Source: Lepidodermella squamata (taxonomy: Eukaryota; Animalia; Gastrotricha). Taken from it: DNA of 64,000 nucleotides. Location of the stretch: NCBI GenBank assembly GCA_047495785.1, contig JBLDXI010000055.1, forward strand, positions 2,019,284 to 2,083,283, in the 5' to 3' direction. The notes beneath the pieces were generated by a model. That model saw only the letters and a list, made by a program, of their open reading frames with translations. It was not told the DNA's origin and made no database searches. Below are positions 1-13,020 of this stretch, piece by piece. Numbering within the stretch: position 1 is the stretch's first letter; each line of letters starts with the position of its first letter. Made by a program: the position numbers and the translations under genes.

Positions 1-1521
1 CAATAAGTTGCTATAATTAGTTGCTGTTCGTCGCATGTTCAGGCAATTGGAAGAAGTGGAAGAATAGGAAGAAGAAGAAGGGAAGAAGAGAAGGAAGAAT
101 AGGAAGAGGGAAGAGGAAGAATGATCGATTTTAACGTCTGATAAAATAGTCGAAGGTTAATCCGCCCTTGCCGCAGCTTCTTCCAAAAACGTACCGATTA
201 ATCTCATGACAAGAATAGCGAGGCCCGATTTACCATAGCATCGAAAACAGCTTTAAGGTTCCAATATTAATATAGATGCGACATGCGATCTATGGCTTCC
301 GGTCAAACAATATAATCCGATTATTGAAATGGAGTTGGAACTACATGACCAATTATTTCTGGCATGCACGACATGTGTATATTGATATATATAATGTCAA
401 AACACCAATTTCCGTTGGTCATGGAGCTATCCTTAGGCTTTATTTTGTCGTCTCTGTTTGTTGTGAAAAACTGTTCCTTAGCAGCCTATATTTATTTTAA
501 AAATTGTGGCACCAGTTACACAATCAATGCGCTTCAACCTAAAAGCTTTCAATGATTAAATAACTTGCATGAGCCGAAATCGGCAAATATTTTTGGTCGC
601 ATTCAATCGATTTTTGTCATCAGAATAATAGCCGACATATACCATTCCAAATTGCCATTACCACTATTGAGTTGAGAAGAAATTAAAATATGCCGCATAG
701 TCGAATAGCCTATGCGGATATGTGCCGCGCCGTAATGTCACATGGAGCGTATATAACCGTGATTATTATATAAATAACGATGTATTACACGCCACGCTCG
801 ACATTTGTCAAACATGGCCACCATTCGTACTCTTGCCGCAAACGTACGATGATTTGCTGCAGCAGCCACAAACAATGTCGTTTCTTAATACATGGCAAAG
901 TCTCGCAATCGCCAAAGTTGAAAATATTACGAAGCCATGGCAAACCCTGATTATAATAATAATAATAATAAGTGCATACTGCAGCAGGCCAGCAACAAGC
1001 ATGCGATATAATACAAAAATCTAGGCTGCGCTACCCATCATCAGAATCAGAATCATCATCGACTGCTAGCAAGTAGATGAATGGCATCTTTTTATTCGAT
1101 TGCCGAGCGCGCATCGCCGCAAATCTCGCAGAAATTACTGGCGCAAATTGAGGCAATTGAGGCGCACAATTGACGAAGACGTGTATATCGTCCTTGTGGA
1201 ATAGCCATTTAGCCAAAATCTAATGTTTATTGTGTTTTATGCGGTTGGTCTTCTTCTATAAAGAAGAAGAAATGCCCGCACATTTTTACATCATGTGATT
1301 CACAACGCTCAATGCGTATTGAACTCATCATTATTTGAAAACCGGAACTGCTTAGTTGACAGAATCATGGCGTTGCTTGGTTGACTTTTTTGCGAGCCGA
1401 ATCTTTGCCAGTAGCGTTTATTGTTGATGGCCGCGGCACGCAGATAATGAATCGAATTACCTATTATTTAGGTCATTATTTAGGGGTGGGCTGCATGCAA
1501 TGAGAGTTTCATGATAATATA

Positions 1522-1690
1522 CCGTATTTGTCCTATAGCAGCCCGGGCTACTAAAATTTAAACCTCGAAATTTGGAAAATTTCAAAAATGAATTTCTCGT
1601 GAATCGTTCATTATTCATGTTTTCGAACCGAGTTGACCCCTCAACCCTGGGCTACTATTAGTGAATGGGCTATTATTGGAACAAATACGG
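1522..1690. mobile_element. Small non-autonomous Tc1/mariner-superfamily (Tc2/pogo-like) MITE
   Basis: Terminal inverted repeats CCGTATTTGT...ACAAATACGG with TA on both flanks (TA target-site duplication); internal GGGCTA(C/T)TA repeats. Confidence 0.7.
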
Positions 1691-1945
1691 TAAATTGTGA
1701 AACTACCTTATAACGTAAATTTCACAACTGCTATATCATCGAAGCCATCATCCAATCCATCATCGAAGCTGATAATGTATCTTGCACATTGACTTTATCT
1801 TCGCTTCAAGTTCAATTCCTTTATATTATAAGTATCTGTGAGATGCCTGTGCTAAAGTGTAGATTTTATTCTGTTACTAAAAGGCGAAGTTTCGACATGA
1901 TAAAATGAAAGCATCGCATTAGATCTGGAGGGAACCTATCGAAGC

Positions 1946-4298
1946 ATGGGGGCGTCTGCTTCTAATATTCTGCATGGCATCAATCGACGCACCAACAAGC
2001 TAAACAAAGCGCAAAGGCTTTACCAGCAAGGAGAAATAGAGAAGGTTGGTACTTCTTCAGAGTTTGGTTTCATTTTGATATTCGTAACTTTATTTTTCAA
2101 AGGCCATCGCTATATGGACTAACATATCTGCAGAGGTAAATTGACAAATAACTGCGCAGTGATTTGTTTTCTAATTTTGATAATTTTATGTGAAAAGCGA
2201 CATGTACCGGATTGTGATAAATTGACAACTTTCGGCTGGCTGGCTATCGCATGTTTCACGACTGGTCATTACCGGTATCAAGGCTAAAGTTCCTATTAAA
2301 CTTCCGTGAATCCAATATTTTCAGAGAGATGGCTACTTGGTCAGCGCGGCAATTACGGCTAGCTAGGCAAATCTATCGCGAGCCGTCGCCTAATTCCACC
2401 TCAACGTCGCTTGTTGAAGCTCTGTTGAATGTTTCAAGATCCGAGTTGGGCCAGGGAAATTTGGCAAGGGCCGCCTTCTTTGCAGCCGAAGCTTTGGTTG
2501 CAGCCGGTGAAAGTGCAGATGCAAGTCTACAACCAAATAGCAGAGGTCCACCGAGTTCGCCCTTTAAAAGTTCCACCGCAAAGACAGAAGGCGAAGATGT
2601 TGTTTCTGATTGCCGGCGACTGTCAGGTTACTGTCACTTGGTAGCTGCTCATGCCAGTTTTGGTGGTATGCTGCATTGCCTGAGTTAATTCCACATTCTA
2701 TCATTTGATCACCACCCTTTTAGAAGGCAATGTGTCCACTGGTCTGGAGCATCTGGACAGGTCACTGCTGGTTGCAAGACAATGCACCGACCAACTGTTG
2801 GAGTTGTTCGTCCAAATGGCCTTAGCCCAACTTTTCATGGTACTAAAAGATTACAACCGTGCCCTGCATTACTGCGGCCGCTGTGAATCTATGGCTAGGG
2901 CTCTGCAGCCGGCCCAAAGTCCGGATATCACTGCTTGCCGAAGGTCTATCAGCCTCTACTACGCTACAATAATGCGGAAGCTTGGCCGTCCAGATTATGC
3001 AGAGACGATCGTTCAGGTGAGCGATTTTCTGCATGAAATTCCCCTTGAAAGTCTGTTTTTGCGTTATAAACAGGAGCTCTTGGGTGACAGCGCTTGTACG
3101 CGGGATCCATCATTCCAAGCAAACTGCTTCATCTTACTCGGAGATCTTTCGAGAAGCGAGGGGCAATACTTGGTATTGGTTTTGGGCACATTTCCCGGCT
3201 TTCTTACTTTCCATGTTTCCCTTTTTGTAGCGAGCGTATTCCCTATACGAGAATGCCTATTCGTTGATGCGACAGTCTGGTTCTAGGTTCGGGGAGCTTA
3301 CTGTACTGCTGCAGTTGGCGAAGGTGAAAAAAATTATCGAACAATAACAAGCTGAGAATAACAAATTATTTAATTATAGTGCCTGCTTAGAATGAGAGAT
3401 AACGGGACCGTGTGCGAATGTAAAGCAGTCGAAGTTCTTCAAAGGTAACCCACCGACGATGCCTTGCATTAGAAGTTGATTGCTATTTAACTCGTGCCTA
3501 GGTGCTGTCTTTTCGCGAAGTCAAGCAACGCTAACGTATGTTTTCTGATGACCTAAATCCTATTCATCCGAATATTCGTTTTAATATAAATAGATGATTC
3601 GAGCGAGAAGCTTGAGGTTCTTGGAGAAAGTTCTGACCTCGCTTGGTGATACTAAAGCTGCTGCTCTCACAAACGAAGAGCTGAATCGATTGCGTGCCAC
3701 TGTCGGGCTAGTTTGCGCGATTTGTAGGAAGGCGGTGGGCGAGAAACAAGCGGCGGTGTCAATTTTGCCGTGTGCTCATTTAGCTCACGACGACTGCTTG
3801 CTTGCGCTTGAAGCCGAAGAGACGTCGTTTGCGGTTAGGACTGGCAGTGCGAGTTGCTCGAATACGCTCAATCGATCGCATTCGTCGCCGAAAGAGACGA
3901 TTGAAAGTCATCGCGCACGTAGCTATCAAAACTTAGCTCAGCCGTCTTCATCTTCATCAACATTGAGGTGCCACCAATGTGCCGCCGGTTTCAACTACAG
4001 TGCATTCTCGCAACAGCACCCTAGTCTCACAGCGGGCCAATTGGGCGATGCGCCAAGCCCCCATAATTTACATATTAGCTCAGAGGCAGCTTACATGAAC
4101 CTCCAACCATCAGCCTTCAGCCTTCATCCCAAAAATAACTCAATGCCCTCTACCTCATCAACGACGCACCACCACCATCACCACCACCACCAAACGGCTC
4201 AAGTGACAAGCTACGCTTCAGTGATCGCGCCCTCTTCGCCACCAACCTCAGGTCAGATGCGTCCTCCCAATTTCCAGCACCATGGAGTTTTGGTATAA
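1946..4298 (+). CDS. RAPSN: Rapsyn (43 kDa acetylcholine-receptor-associated protein), multi-exon
   Basis: Spliced model starts MGASAS (Gly2 as in myristoylated rapsyn), TPR-like helical exons (ORFs 2251-2688, 2705-3286), then a C-terminal RING-H2 CAICRKAVGEKQAAVSILPCAHLAHDDC...CHQC matching the rapsyn pattern; stop at 4298. Internal exon boundaries approximate. Confidence 0.8.
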
Positions 4299-5270
4299 CC
4301 TGGCGAACATAGCGTAACACCACCACCTCAATTGATGTCATTTTATATTTACGACCGCATTTTGTTAGCGTCGCCGAAAGAGTGGGATTTAGGCTTGTTT
4401 TTTTTTATTTTTGCCGCCAATGGTCTGGCATCTAGTAATTTTAAGCTTAATTAACCATGCCGGCCTAATGTTTATATTTACTAACACCTTTCAAAAATGG
4501 TGAAAGGAACGCCTGTGGGGTAATCAGTTTTGCTTCATTATTTGGTATTATTATATTCACTTGCTGTTATGTCGGTAGCTAAACAAAGGGATATGGGTCG
4601 GGCAGTTCGGATAAGAAATAATAAATTCTAAATCCGACTTTTTCGGCAACGCTAACGACATTGTGACGTGATGAAACAAGTTTTTACAAAGCACTGAAGA
4701 CATCTTACAATGTATATTCCTTGTGAGATCGCTATTATTTGCCCTAATAAAAGGAAGAAAGTCTTAGCAGTTGCCTTCCCCTTTCAACACTTTTACTCAC
4801 TCATTGTTATTGGCTTTTCCAAGCCGAATTAAGGGAATAATCTATGGCTAGCCATGGAGAAATACTGAATACCGACTAATTTCATGCGCTATGACCTCCT
4901 CAAGAACTGCGTTTGCCTCGATAATTTATATTTTATCCGCCGAGGCCAAAACATATGGGTACAACAAAACTTGAATTTGAAATTTCACATGTTCGTCCCA
5001 GCGCATTAACGGAACCTCCCGCGGGTTGATGTTCATTATTGGGGTACTTCGTTTGCATCGTGAATTCAAGTCGAGCAAGTCAGATCGTTGTCATACACAA
5101 TAGCAGCCAATGCCGTCCGGCCTTCTTCTCCTCAAAAGATCACTGCTGTATATTTTAGGCGTCAAAATACTTCTTAGTGATAGCAGTTTTTCCGAAAGAA
5201 CTTTTATTGATCACAAATCACAAAGTAGTACAAGTACAAAGAAGAAAGCTGATTGATTTCGGCCTCGGTC

Positions 5271-7338
5271 TCAAGGTACCCACAACTTGAGAGTTCCATC
5301 GGTGGAATAGGATGCAAGCATGTTCTGATGAGGATGATGGCTGAGACCGATGACTTCCTGTTCGTGCACCTGCACTGTGCGTTCAAGACGGCCGGCTGAT
5401 GTCGAGAAGCAATAAAGCACGTTGTCTTCACCGACGCAGTAAATCCACTCGCCGCGCGGCGAAATGGTGGCGCATACAAAATCACCGCCGTCTCGCTTTC
5501 CGCTAGTGAACGAGCGCACGATTTGGCCCTGTTGATTCATGATCACCACCGTGTTCGATTTGTTTGCAACCAGAAACTGCTCGGCGTTGCGCGGCATCGG
5601 CAGAACTGTGTGGACCGGCGCCTCGCCACCCCCGCCTGTATTGCCCGACGCCGATGCCGTGGAAGAAGTCAGAGCAGCGGAGCCGCCTAACGGTTTCAGC
5701 GTCGCCGTGCATTCGCAAGATTTGACCGACCACATCTACGTAATTATAAAGATAACATGTTTAAGGATTTGCTGATCGGAGAAAAATAAACGTTGTTTGC
5801 AAATGGGAGAAAAGTTGTCATTTCCTAGGGTTCGGTATTACTAATTACTAGACTCAGTTTCCAACGGCAGTATTTATTGAGTGATACATTTCATTTAAGA
5901 AACGGGGCGCTCTAACCTGGTATTGCATTTTTGGCGTGCTAGAGTAAGTTTGAGCCGTTTTTGTCAAAGTAGGGATTAATTTTATTATTGCATCAACATC
6001 ATCGTGAGCAAAAGTAAGCAAAAGCGAGCGGGATTCAATGAGTCTAATTTAGGAATTCGGCATTGCGGCCGTCGAAGGGTTAAAATTTAGTTACCTTAAC
6101 TGTGCCGTCCGATGAAGCGCTGACGATGTGATGACCGTCAGAGCCGAACCACATAGCCGAGTTGACAAAAGAAGAGTGACCTCTGAACTCTTTCAACAGC
6201 TTGCCGCTTTTCAGTCCATACAGCCTGATTAGACCGTCGTACGACGTTGACAATAATTGCGAGTTATCGCGAGAAAACGAAAGAGATGTCACGCCTTTGC
6301 CATGCGCACGGTCGAACTTGCGCAAGCACTGCCCTGTAGCCACCTTCCACACCATGATTCTACCCTCTTTTGAGCCACTCGCTAACATCTCCGAGTCGCG
6401 AGAAAACGCCAAGCAAAGAACGGCTTCCTCCATGAGCATAACTGAAAAATGAGACAAAATATGACAAAATATTTAAAAAGCATATATCAGTCTAACACTG
6501 CTCGGAGGCTTGATACTTGAGATCTTTTCTGATTTTGCCGGTTTGATAATTCCAAACTTCGATAAAGCCATCAACACTGCCCGTGACAAGGTATTGCCCA
6601 TCGGCGCTGAACGCCGCAGCCTCGGCGTGCGCTTTCGCCGACATCTTGATCGTTCGGCTGAGCTGCGTGGGGTATCGCTCCTCCTCCTGCTCTCGAATCG
6701 CCGCCTTGCCCCGGAAAACGTCGATTGTTGAACCAGGGGGTAGCAAGCCTTGATGCTGCTGCCATTTCAAAGCCTGGCCGATGAGCGAGAGCAAGCGACT
6801 GGCAGGTACGACATTGACTTCACCGGCCAGTGATTGAGCTAACGCACTGCGCCGCTTCTCTTTCGTCATACCCTCAGGGTAAGCTTCGCGAGGGTTGAAG
6901 TAGTTACGAGCTAGAAGCCCTTCGAGATGGGCGTATCTGTCTAGCTGATTACGTTTCAGCGCTGCCATTGCATCGGTTTGCCGAAGCAACATTTTAGCAG
7001 CGGCCAGTTCGCGCAGCTCGATCAACTCGAGGACGATTTGCTCGTACAAATCTATGAGCTTGTTCTCTGGCAGGCGAAGGGGCTGAATGGCTTTGAGCAC
7101 GGCATCCCAATGACCATTGTTGATATCTGAGATGAAAGATTCAACCGAGTCGACAGTGTTCAACGTGACGCCGGTTTCCTCTTGCAGTGAACTGAGAGAT
7201 TTGAACAAGTTATGCTCCTTCAGATATTGCTGAACCAACCGAATTATGCTAGAAATGAACATGGTTTTGATCACGATTAAGAACCAGCATACGTGTAAAA
7301 TGTACTTACTCAGCAGCTTCGATTTCCACTGATGACAT
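5271..7338 (-). CDS. SMU1: WD40-repeat spliceosomal protein SMU1, 4 exons
   Basis: [35 protein letters not shown] LisH/CTLH N-terminus, [36 protein letters not shown]40 repeats ending [12 protein letters not shown] at 7338. Confidence 0.95.
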
Positions 7339-7527
7339 TCTTTCTTCTCTTTTCTACATCCAGCCGTAAACCGGCTGATGAACCAAAAGTTTTAATGTTC
7401 TATTAAAATATAATCGGGAAACATTCTTTAAAAGGTTTTCAACTTGAGTACTTCTAGTCGTTCAGCCGTTGTATTACTAAAAATGACGTTTCTGGTGAGT
7501 TAATATAAGGAAACCAGTACTTAAAAA

Positions 7528-9011
7528 TCATGCTAAATGGTCGGGCTCTTTCCGTAGCCCAGGGAACAGCCTGCTTTCTAAGAAAGCTGCGAACAATTGT
7601 GGTGTATTGCTGGAGTCTGAAGTGGCCTGTAAATGAGTTTTGCTTCGAAATAGTGATATAAAATCACGCCGATGGCGCTGAAGATCCGCATCAGTCACAG
7701 ATGGAGGGATACCAGCTTCGGTTTTGCAGCGGATGCTGAGCGGTGTCTTGGCTGAAGGTATGTTCAATACCACTGTATCTTCTGAAGTGACGCATCTTAG
7801 ATGAGCTGCAAATGCCTGACATGGAAAGTAAAGCATAATTCCAATACCGCGCGAGAAAAAGCTAACTTACGTTGACTACTTCCTGTGTTATTCTGTCGAT
7901 ATCATACGAAACATTTGTTGGGGCGACAGGCGTCTAAAAACAAATTTTCCAAATTCTTTAGTCTTTGCCCGCAAAGCAGAGTTTCAACGATCCATCTTTC
8001 CCTCTGCACGCAAACGGATTCTTGCTTCTAAGAATTATTCTTAGTAAGATTCGGCCGCGGTACCGCGGTTCTTCGGCATTGATAAAATTGATAAAAGCCC
8101 GTGAAAACATGAATACATAAATCTACAAGCCTCTCCCGAGTGAGTAATAGCCCGGGCTGTTGAAGGGATAAGGAATAGCAGCCGCCTTAATTTTTGTCAT
8201 GCCAATTGACTCTTTTTATAGAAATACGACCCAACAGTTTTATCGCTAAAAACTGTTGGAATGACGGATAATAAGGATGATGATGATGAGCAATACACAA
8301 GAACCCATAAATCAATGATCACGGCGTCGGCGAGGCCAAAATTTAAATCGCAGTGCAAATTAAGGAAGGAAAACTAAGGTTTCTTACAGCTAATGTCGCT
8401 TTGTTTTGCTTCGCAGGCTTTGACTTGAACAAAGCCACTTCGATTGCGTCGAACGGTGGTTCGACGTCTCCAGGTGCGACTAAGATGAGTGGCGAATCCC
8501 ATCGATTGCTGGCATCGGGAGGTTCGAATCGCTGCAGCAGATTTTTCATCGTCTCAGACGAATACGCTTGTCCGGATTCTACGCGATCCTTCGACTCGTT
8601 CCATTCGGTCGCCACTTCAGGAGTGCATTCGCAGTAAACGACGCAAAAAGTCGTCTGGGCAGATTTAGCGGCACAATAAAGCTCATATCGTACACCTGCG
8701 AACAAAATAAATTTAGCAAAATAAATAAATTATAAATTCAAACGCATACTTTTGATATAATTTAGAGAATCAACAATGAGTAGTCGGGTTTTACTGATCT
8801 TGCGCTGCACGGCCGAAAGAAATTCACCGCGAAGCTCTTTCTCTTGAACGGCAGTATCCGAATAAGCATCATTTTTGTCGAAATTCGGCGAGACACTGCT
8901 ATCATCTATGACAACAGCTTGCCGGCCAGAGCTGTTGAAATGAGCAGCTATAGCTACGGCACGACGAGTCTTACCCGACGAGGGCAAGCCACACATCAGT
9001 AGGAGAGGCAT
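7528..9011 (-). CDS. KTI12: KTI12 homolog (Elongator-associated P-loop protein), multi-exon
   Basis: MPLLLMCGLPSSGKT P-loop, IVDSLNYIK/GVRYELYC, RFEPPDASNRWDSPL, and C-terminal LQRHRRDFI motifs typical of KTI12. Confidence 0.92.
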
Positions 9012-9107
9012 CAGATAATTTCTTCTTGTCTTTCTAGGATAAAAATCTAAAATAGTATCGGATTTTTGATTGACATGCAACAATAAACGGGTATTATTCG
9101 AGATCAC

Positions 9108-10086
9108 TCAGCGAAAAACATGCTCGCGATACCATTTCAACTCCTTGATGCTCTCTTTGATGTCCGACATTGCCCTGCAATAAAAATAATACATGTTAGC
9201 ATCGAAAGCTGGAAAATTTAACACAAGCTTTTAGCTGGTCAGATTCTATTAGGTTTCATAAGCGAATTTATGTATCCGAGCAGCATAAGTTCAATCAGGT
9301 GCCCGTAGAAAACGGTTTTAAAACTGATAAGAACTACGTTAACCCGGAAGTCATTTCGGATAGGAGCCATGTTGGGAACGCACTTACCGATGAGTGCCCT
9401 CTTTCGGGGGTAGATCTTTCGCCACGTCTGGGTACCATCTTCGAACCAGCTCTTTGACAGTTGAAACATCCACAATTCGATAGTGCAAATACTTCAAAAA
9501 TCGCGGCATATGCACAGCTGAGAAATAAACCTATGTTGATAATGACCTATTGACACAGAGTTTCTTACCCAAGAATGCTTTGTCACAATGGACACTGGAC
9601 CCAGCCAAAGGGCATTTACCTTCCGGACAGTACTTAGATACAAAATCAAGTAACTGATGCTCAACTTCAGGCACGGTCAATCTGCTCTGCTTAACTTGAT
9701 CAATCAGGCCCGATTTTCCATGAGTGCTCTTGCACCAATCATCCATTGAATCAAGAATCTCATTTGGGCAACTCAGCACAACATGAGGTCCTTCAACTAT
9801 TTCATCAAGATTCGGCCCAGACACGAGACACGCTACTTCAATTATTTTCTCTTTCGTTACATCCAGCCCGGTCATCTGAAACAGCCAAGTACTAGATTGA
9901 AGAAAATAGCGCGGCACTGTAACCCACTTCCATATCGATCCATACAAGATTATCAGCGCTTTTTGCAAGATGGGATGTCATTCGACAGTCAGCGGCATAC
10001 ACAAGGTTGACGCGTGAAAGTTGAGCGCAGGTTGATCGCAGAAAATTATGTCTTAACACTGAATTAATCAGCTTTGTAAAAACCAT
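9108..10086 (-). CDS. REXO2: Oligoribonuclease (REXO2/Orn), multi-exon
   Basis: [85 protein letters not shown]. The upstream in-frame ATG (10086) adds a basic presequence-like leader; a second ATG is at 9981. Confidence 0.93.
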
Positions 10087-10189
10087 TAAACTAGACAAAA
10101 AATATTATTCACCCTTTAGAAAGAAATGTAATAATTTTATTGAGCAAATCACATAAAAACAAGGAGAGAAAAACACAGTTCGGCAAATT

Positions 10190-11955
10190 TCATCGCTTCA
10201 AAAATTTGTCGCCACCGGAAATTAAATCGTTACCCCGCCGCTGCACATTGAACTTGTTACGCTGCACTCGATCTCCGACCGATGTTTTATCTGCATGGTC
10301 CAACATAGTGCCCCTGTTCAAATGATGTAAAAGATTGAAAGCATCAAAATAAAACGAAACAATCATTACTGTAGGAAAGAAGCTTTTGCGCCTTTGCGCA
10401 TTTCTTCCTCAACCTCCAGTTCGTGCCGCTCTTCTTCGCGATAACGCTTGACGTTTTGCACTCGTTCAACGTTGCGCTCTTGTCCAGCCGCGAGCATTTC
10501 TTGTCGTTTACGCTCCATAGAGGCAGGTGAGAGTTTGCGACCTTTCTTGACGGCAGCTGAGCTAGCAGCCTTACGGCGATCGGCTGGAGACCGAGATTTC
10601 GATCTGGATCGGTCACGCCGGTGATCTCGGTGGTCTCGAGCCGGCCGTGGGGATCGTGACTTAGTCCGTCGTCTATCCCTTGAGTGAGATCTCGACCGAG
10701 ATCGATCTTTAGGTGCGCGATGTTGGAAATTTCGATCCCGTCGATCATCCGTTCGCTTAAAGCTCATTTCGACCGATTCTTGTTTGGGCCGCCTGTCTGA
10801 TGGCTTTGGCTGTGACTTGCTGTGCTGCGGCTTCTGAGGGCGTTGAGGTTTTCGGCTGCGCACAGGCGATCCACTTTCGCTACCACTAGCACTATCCTCG
10901 CGACCACCGCCAGGTCGAAGTTTTTCTCGCTCTTTCTTTTCCTCGGCTTTACGCGCTAGCTTTTCGGCCATCTCTTCTTCTGCCTTCATTTTGTGAACTG
11001 AATGAAAAAAACCCATTGAAAATGAATTCAAGCTTGCAAGTAGTTAATTGTCAGATATAAGAGTAATAAACGAGAGATGATGACCTCCTAAGTGCAATTA
11101 TCGGGTAGAGCAATTTTCCGAGTGACTTGAAGTAATTCTCTATAGGCGTCGGTAGAAAATTGCCGAAGAAGTCATCTACATTTCTTATCACACAGCCTAG
11201 TTTCAATCTAGTAGGCTTACCCTGAGCTTCTTTTTCCTTCAGCGCATTCATATATCCTTCGAGAAGATCATCGCCACTGCTGGAGGACGATGATGACGAG
11301 GAACGACTGCGACTGCGACTTCGGCGTTTCTTCCTATGATGCCGGCTTTGGTGACCAGATTTGTTAGATGCTAGCTGAAGTTTCAAAATCATAACCAGTC
11401 AAAGTTGAACAAGCTAAACCTAACAACAATTACCATTACAGACGCCTTCATGGCCTTTTCTTCGTTTTTCTGTTGTAATATACGCAGATATTGCTTTAGC
11501 AAGTTATCGCCGTCTTCGTCGTCCACTTTCGTCGAAGAAGAAGCGGCTTGGCTGGCGGGCGTTGGCTGTGGTTGGCGACGCGATGAGATCATTCCAATCA
11601 TATCCTGTAGTTTCCTCATCTTCAAGGGATTCTTCAACATCTCACGCTTCTCGTCTTCTTCGCGTTTCCGAATTTGAAATAAGGGATCATCACGCATTTT
11701 GGCCTGCATGTCAATGCTGATTCGCTGAGCCTCGATTTCTTCCGCACTCATCGTGCCGCCAGTGGCTTGTTGCTGCAACTCGGTGCGGATTGACTGGCGG
11801 TTGAGGCCATCGACACCGCCGAGGTCCCGCGTAGCAGCTGCTGCAGAAGTGAACGTATTCAAGTGTTCAACTTTCTCAATTTTCCTTCCCAATAAGAACG
11901 TCTCCGGGTCAGCACGCTCTTGCTTGTAAAGAAACTCGATGCGATCGTTCGACAT
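10190..11955 (-). CDS. CWC25: Pre-mRNA splicing factor CWC25-like, apparently lacking the conserved N-terminus
   Basis: FLLGRKIEK, DMQAKMRDDPLFQIRKRE, LKNPLKM, an RS-rich middle, MERKRQEML..RVQNVKRYRE and C-terminal DRVQRNKFNVQR match the CWC25 family; stop at 10190-10192. Confidence 0.82.
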
Positions 11956-12158
11956 TTCTATTAATTCACCTAGAGAAAAAAGAATAATAATTTTTCTATT
12001 AAAAATCTGAGCTTGTCTAGCTTTATTTTCTTGCAGAAAAACCATAACCAATATGGAACACATGCGATATATCACCATGTAGGAATGAGAAATGTTAGCA
12101 CTTTTGGCGTTTTACAATTATACATTATATTTAAAGCTTATTATTTCTAAAGTGTGCC

Positions 12159-12230
12159 TGTCACGCCCAGCAACATCGGGTACAGTCATTTTGTCGGAAC
12201 AAATTTGTGACTCCACCGTCATAAGTGACA
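12159..12230 (-). promoter_or_regulatory. Type II SECIS element in the SELENOF 3' UTR
   Basis: Minus strand reads TGTCAC-tt-ATGA-c-GGTGGAGTCA-cAAA-TTTGT-tccg-ACAAA-a-TGACTGTACC-CGAT-...-GTGACA: helix I, AUGA/GA core, 10-bp helix II with one mismatch, unpaired AAA and an apical mini-stem. Confidence 0.9.
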
Positions 12231-12303
12231 AGCGGGCAATAAAAAGATTGCGATATTAACCACATTATCCACGAAGTAGCCTTACATAACACGACTCGTT
12301 TTT

Positions 12304-13020
12304 CTAAGCATCGCTAGGAAGAGCGGATGCATCAGCGCCGAGGTCCAACCGCAAGTTGAAGAACTCGGTGATGGTATCCGTGTCCCATTTGTCGATGGCC
12401 AGAGTTTCGGCAGCGTCGCCCGATTGATCAAGCAGTTTGACAACAGGCTCGGCACCGCGCAAGTAACGAATCGTCAGTCCAGGGAACTTGTTTGGCAGTT
12501 CACTCTTGACAAAGGCTAAAAAACCAGAAATTTTAGGCGTCTCATCAGGTACTTCTCTCTTGTCTCATACCTTCAATTTGTGGATAATGTGGCAATTTTC
12601 ATCTAAAAGCATGCATTTAAGAAATGCTAATGGTAATACCAGCAAGAGCAATTTACCCGCAGATTTCGAGAATAGCATACTTGTACACCTTTTGTTTTTG
12701 GCCGGTTGAGCCGGAATCGTCTTCATGACAGCAGCGAACACACGACGGCTTCAAAAGATCGAGACCAAAGCGATCCAAGTCACCGCAGTGATTGCACATC
12801 AGATTTTGGCTGTAACCCAGCGCAAAGCATTCTTCCGCCCCGAATTTCGGCAGTGACTCGGCAACAGCCTTCATTGTGAAATATGTAACATATGCAGATG
12901 CAAAGTCAAGGGTCCTAGCCTGGTGAAAGGCTCCGAATTCCGAGTAAATCAACTTACCGAAACATAAAAGTGCAAAAACGAAACGAAACAGGTGACAAGC
13001 TGAACAGCTAGCACCTGCAT
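12304..13020 (-). CDS. SELENOF: Selenoprotein F (Sep15), 4 exons, in-frame TGA (12599-12601) read as selenocysteine
   Basis: Signal-peptide exon (ATG 13020), Cys-rich ECFALGYSQNLMCNHC..CVRCC domain; splicing gives AILEIC-G-U-KLPHYPQIEAFVKSE..GLTIRYLRGAEPVVKLLD..IDKWDTDTITEFF; SECIS present downstream. Confidence 0.93.
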
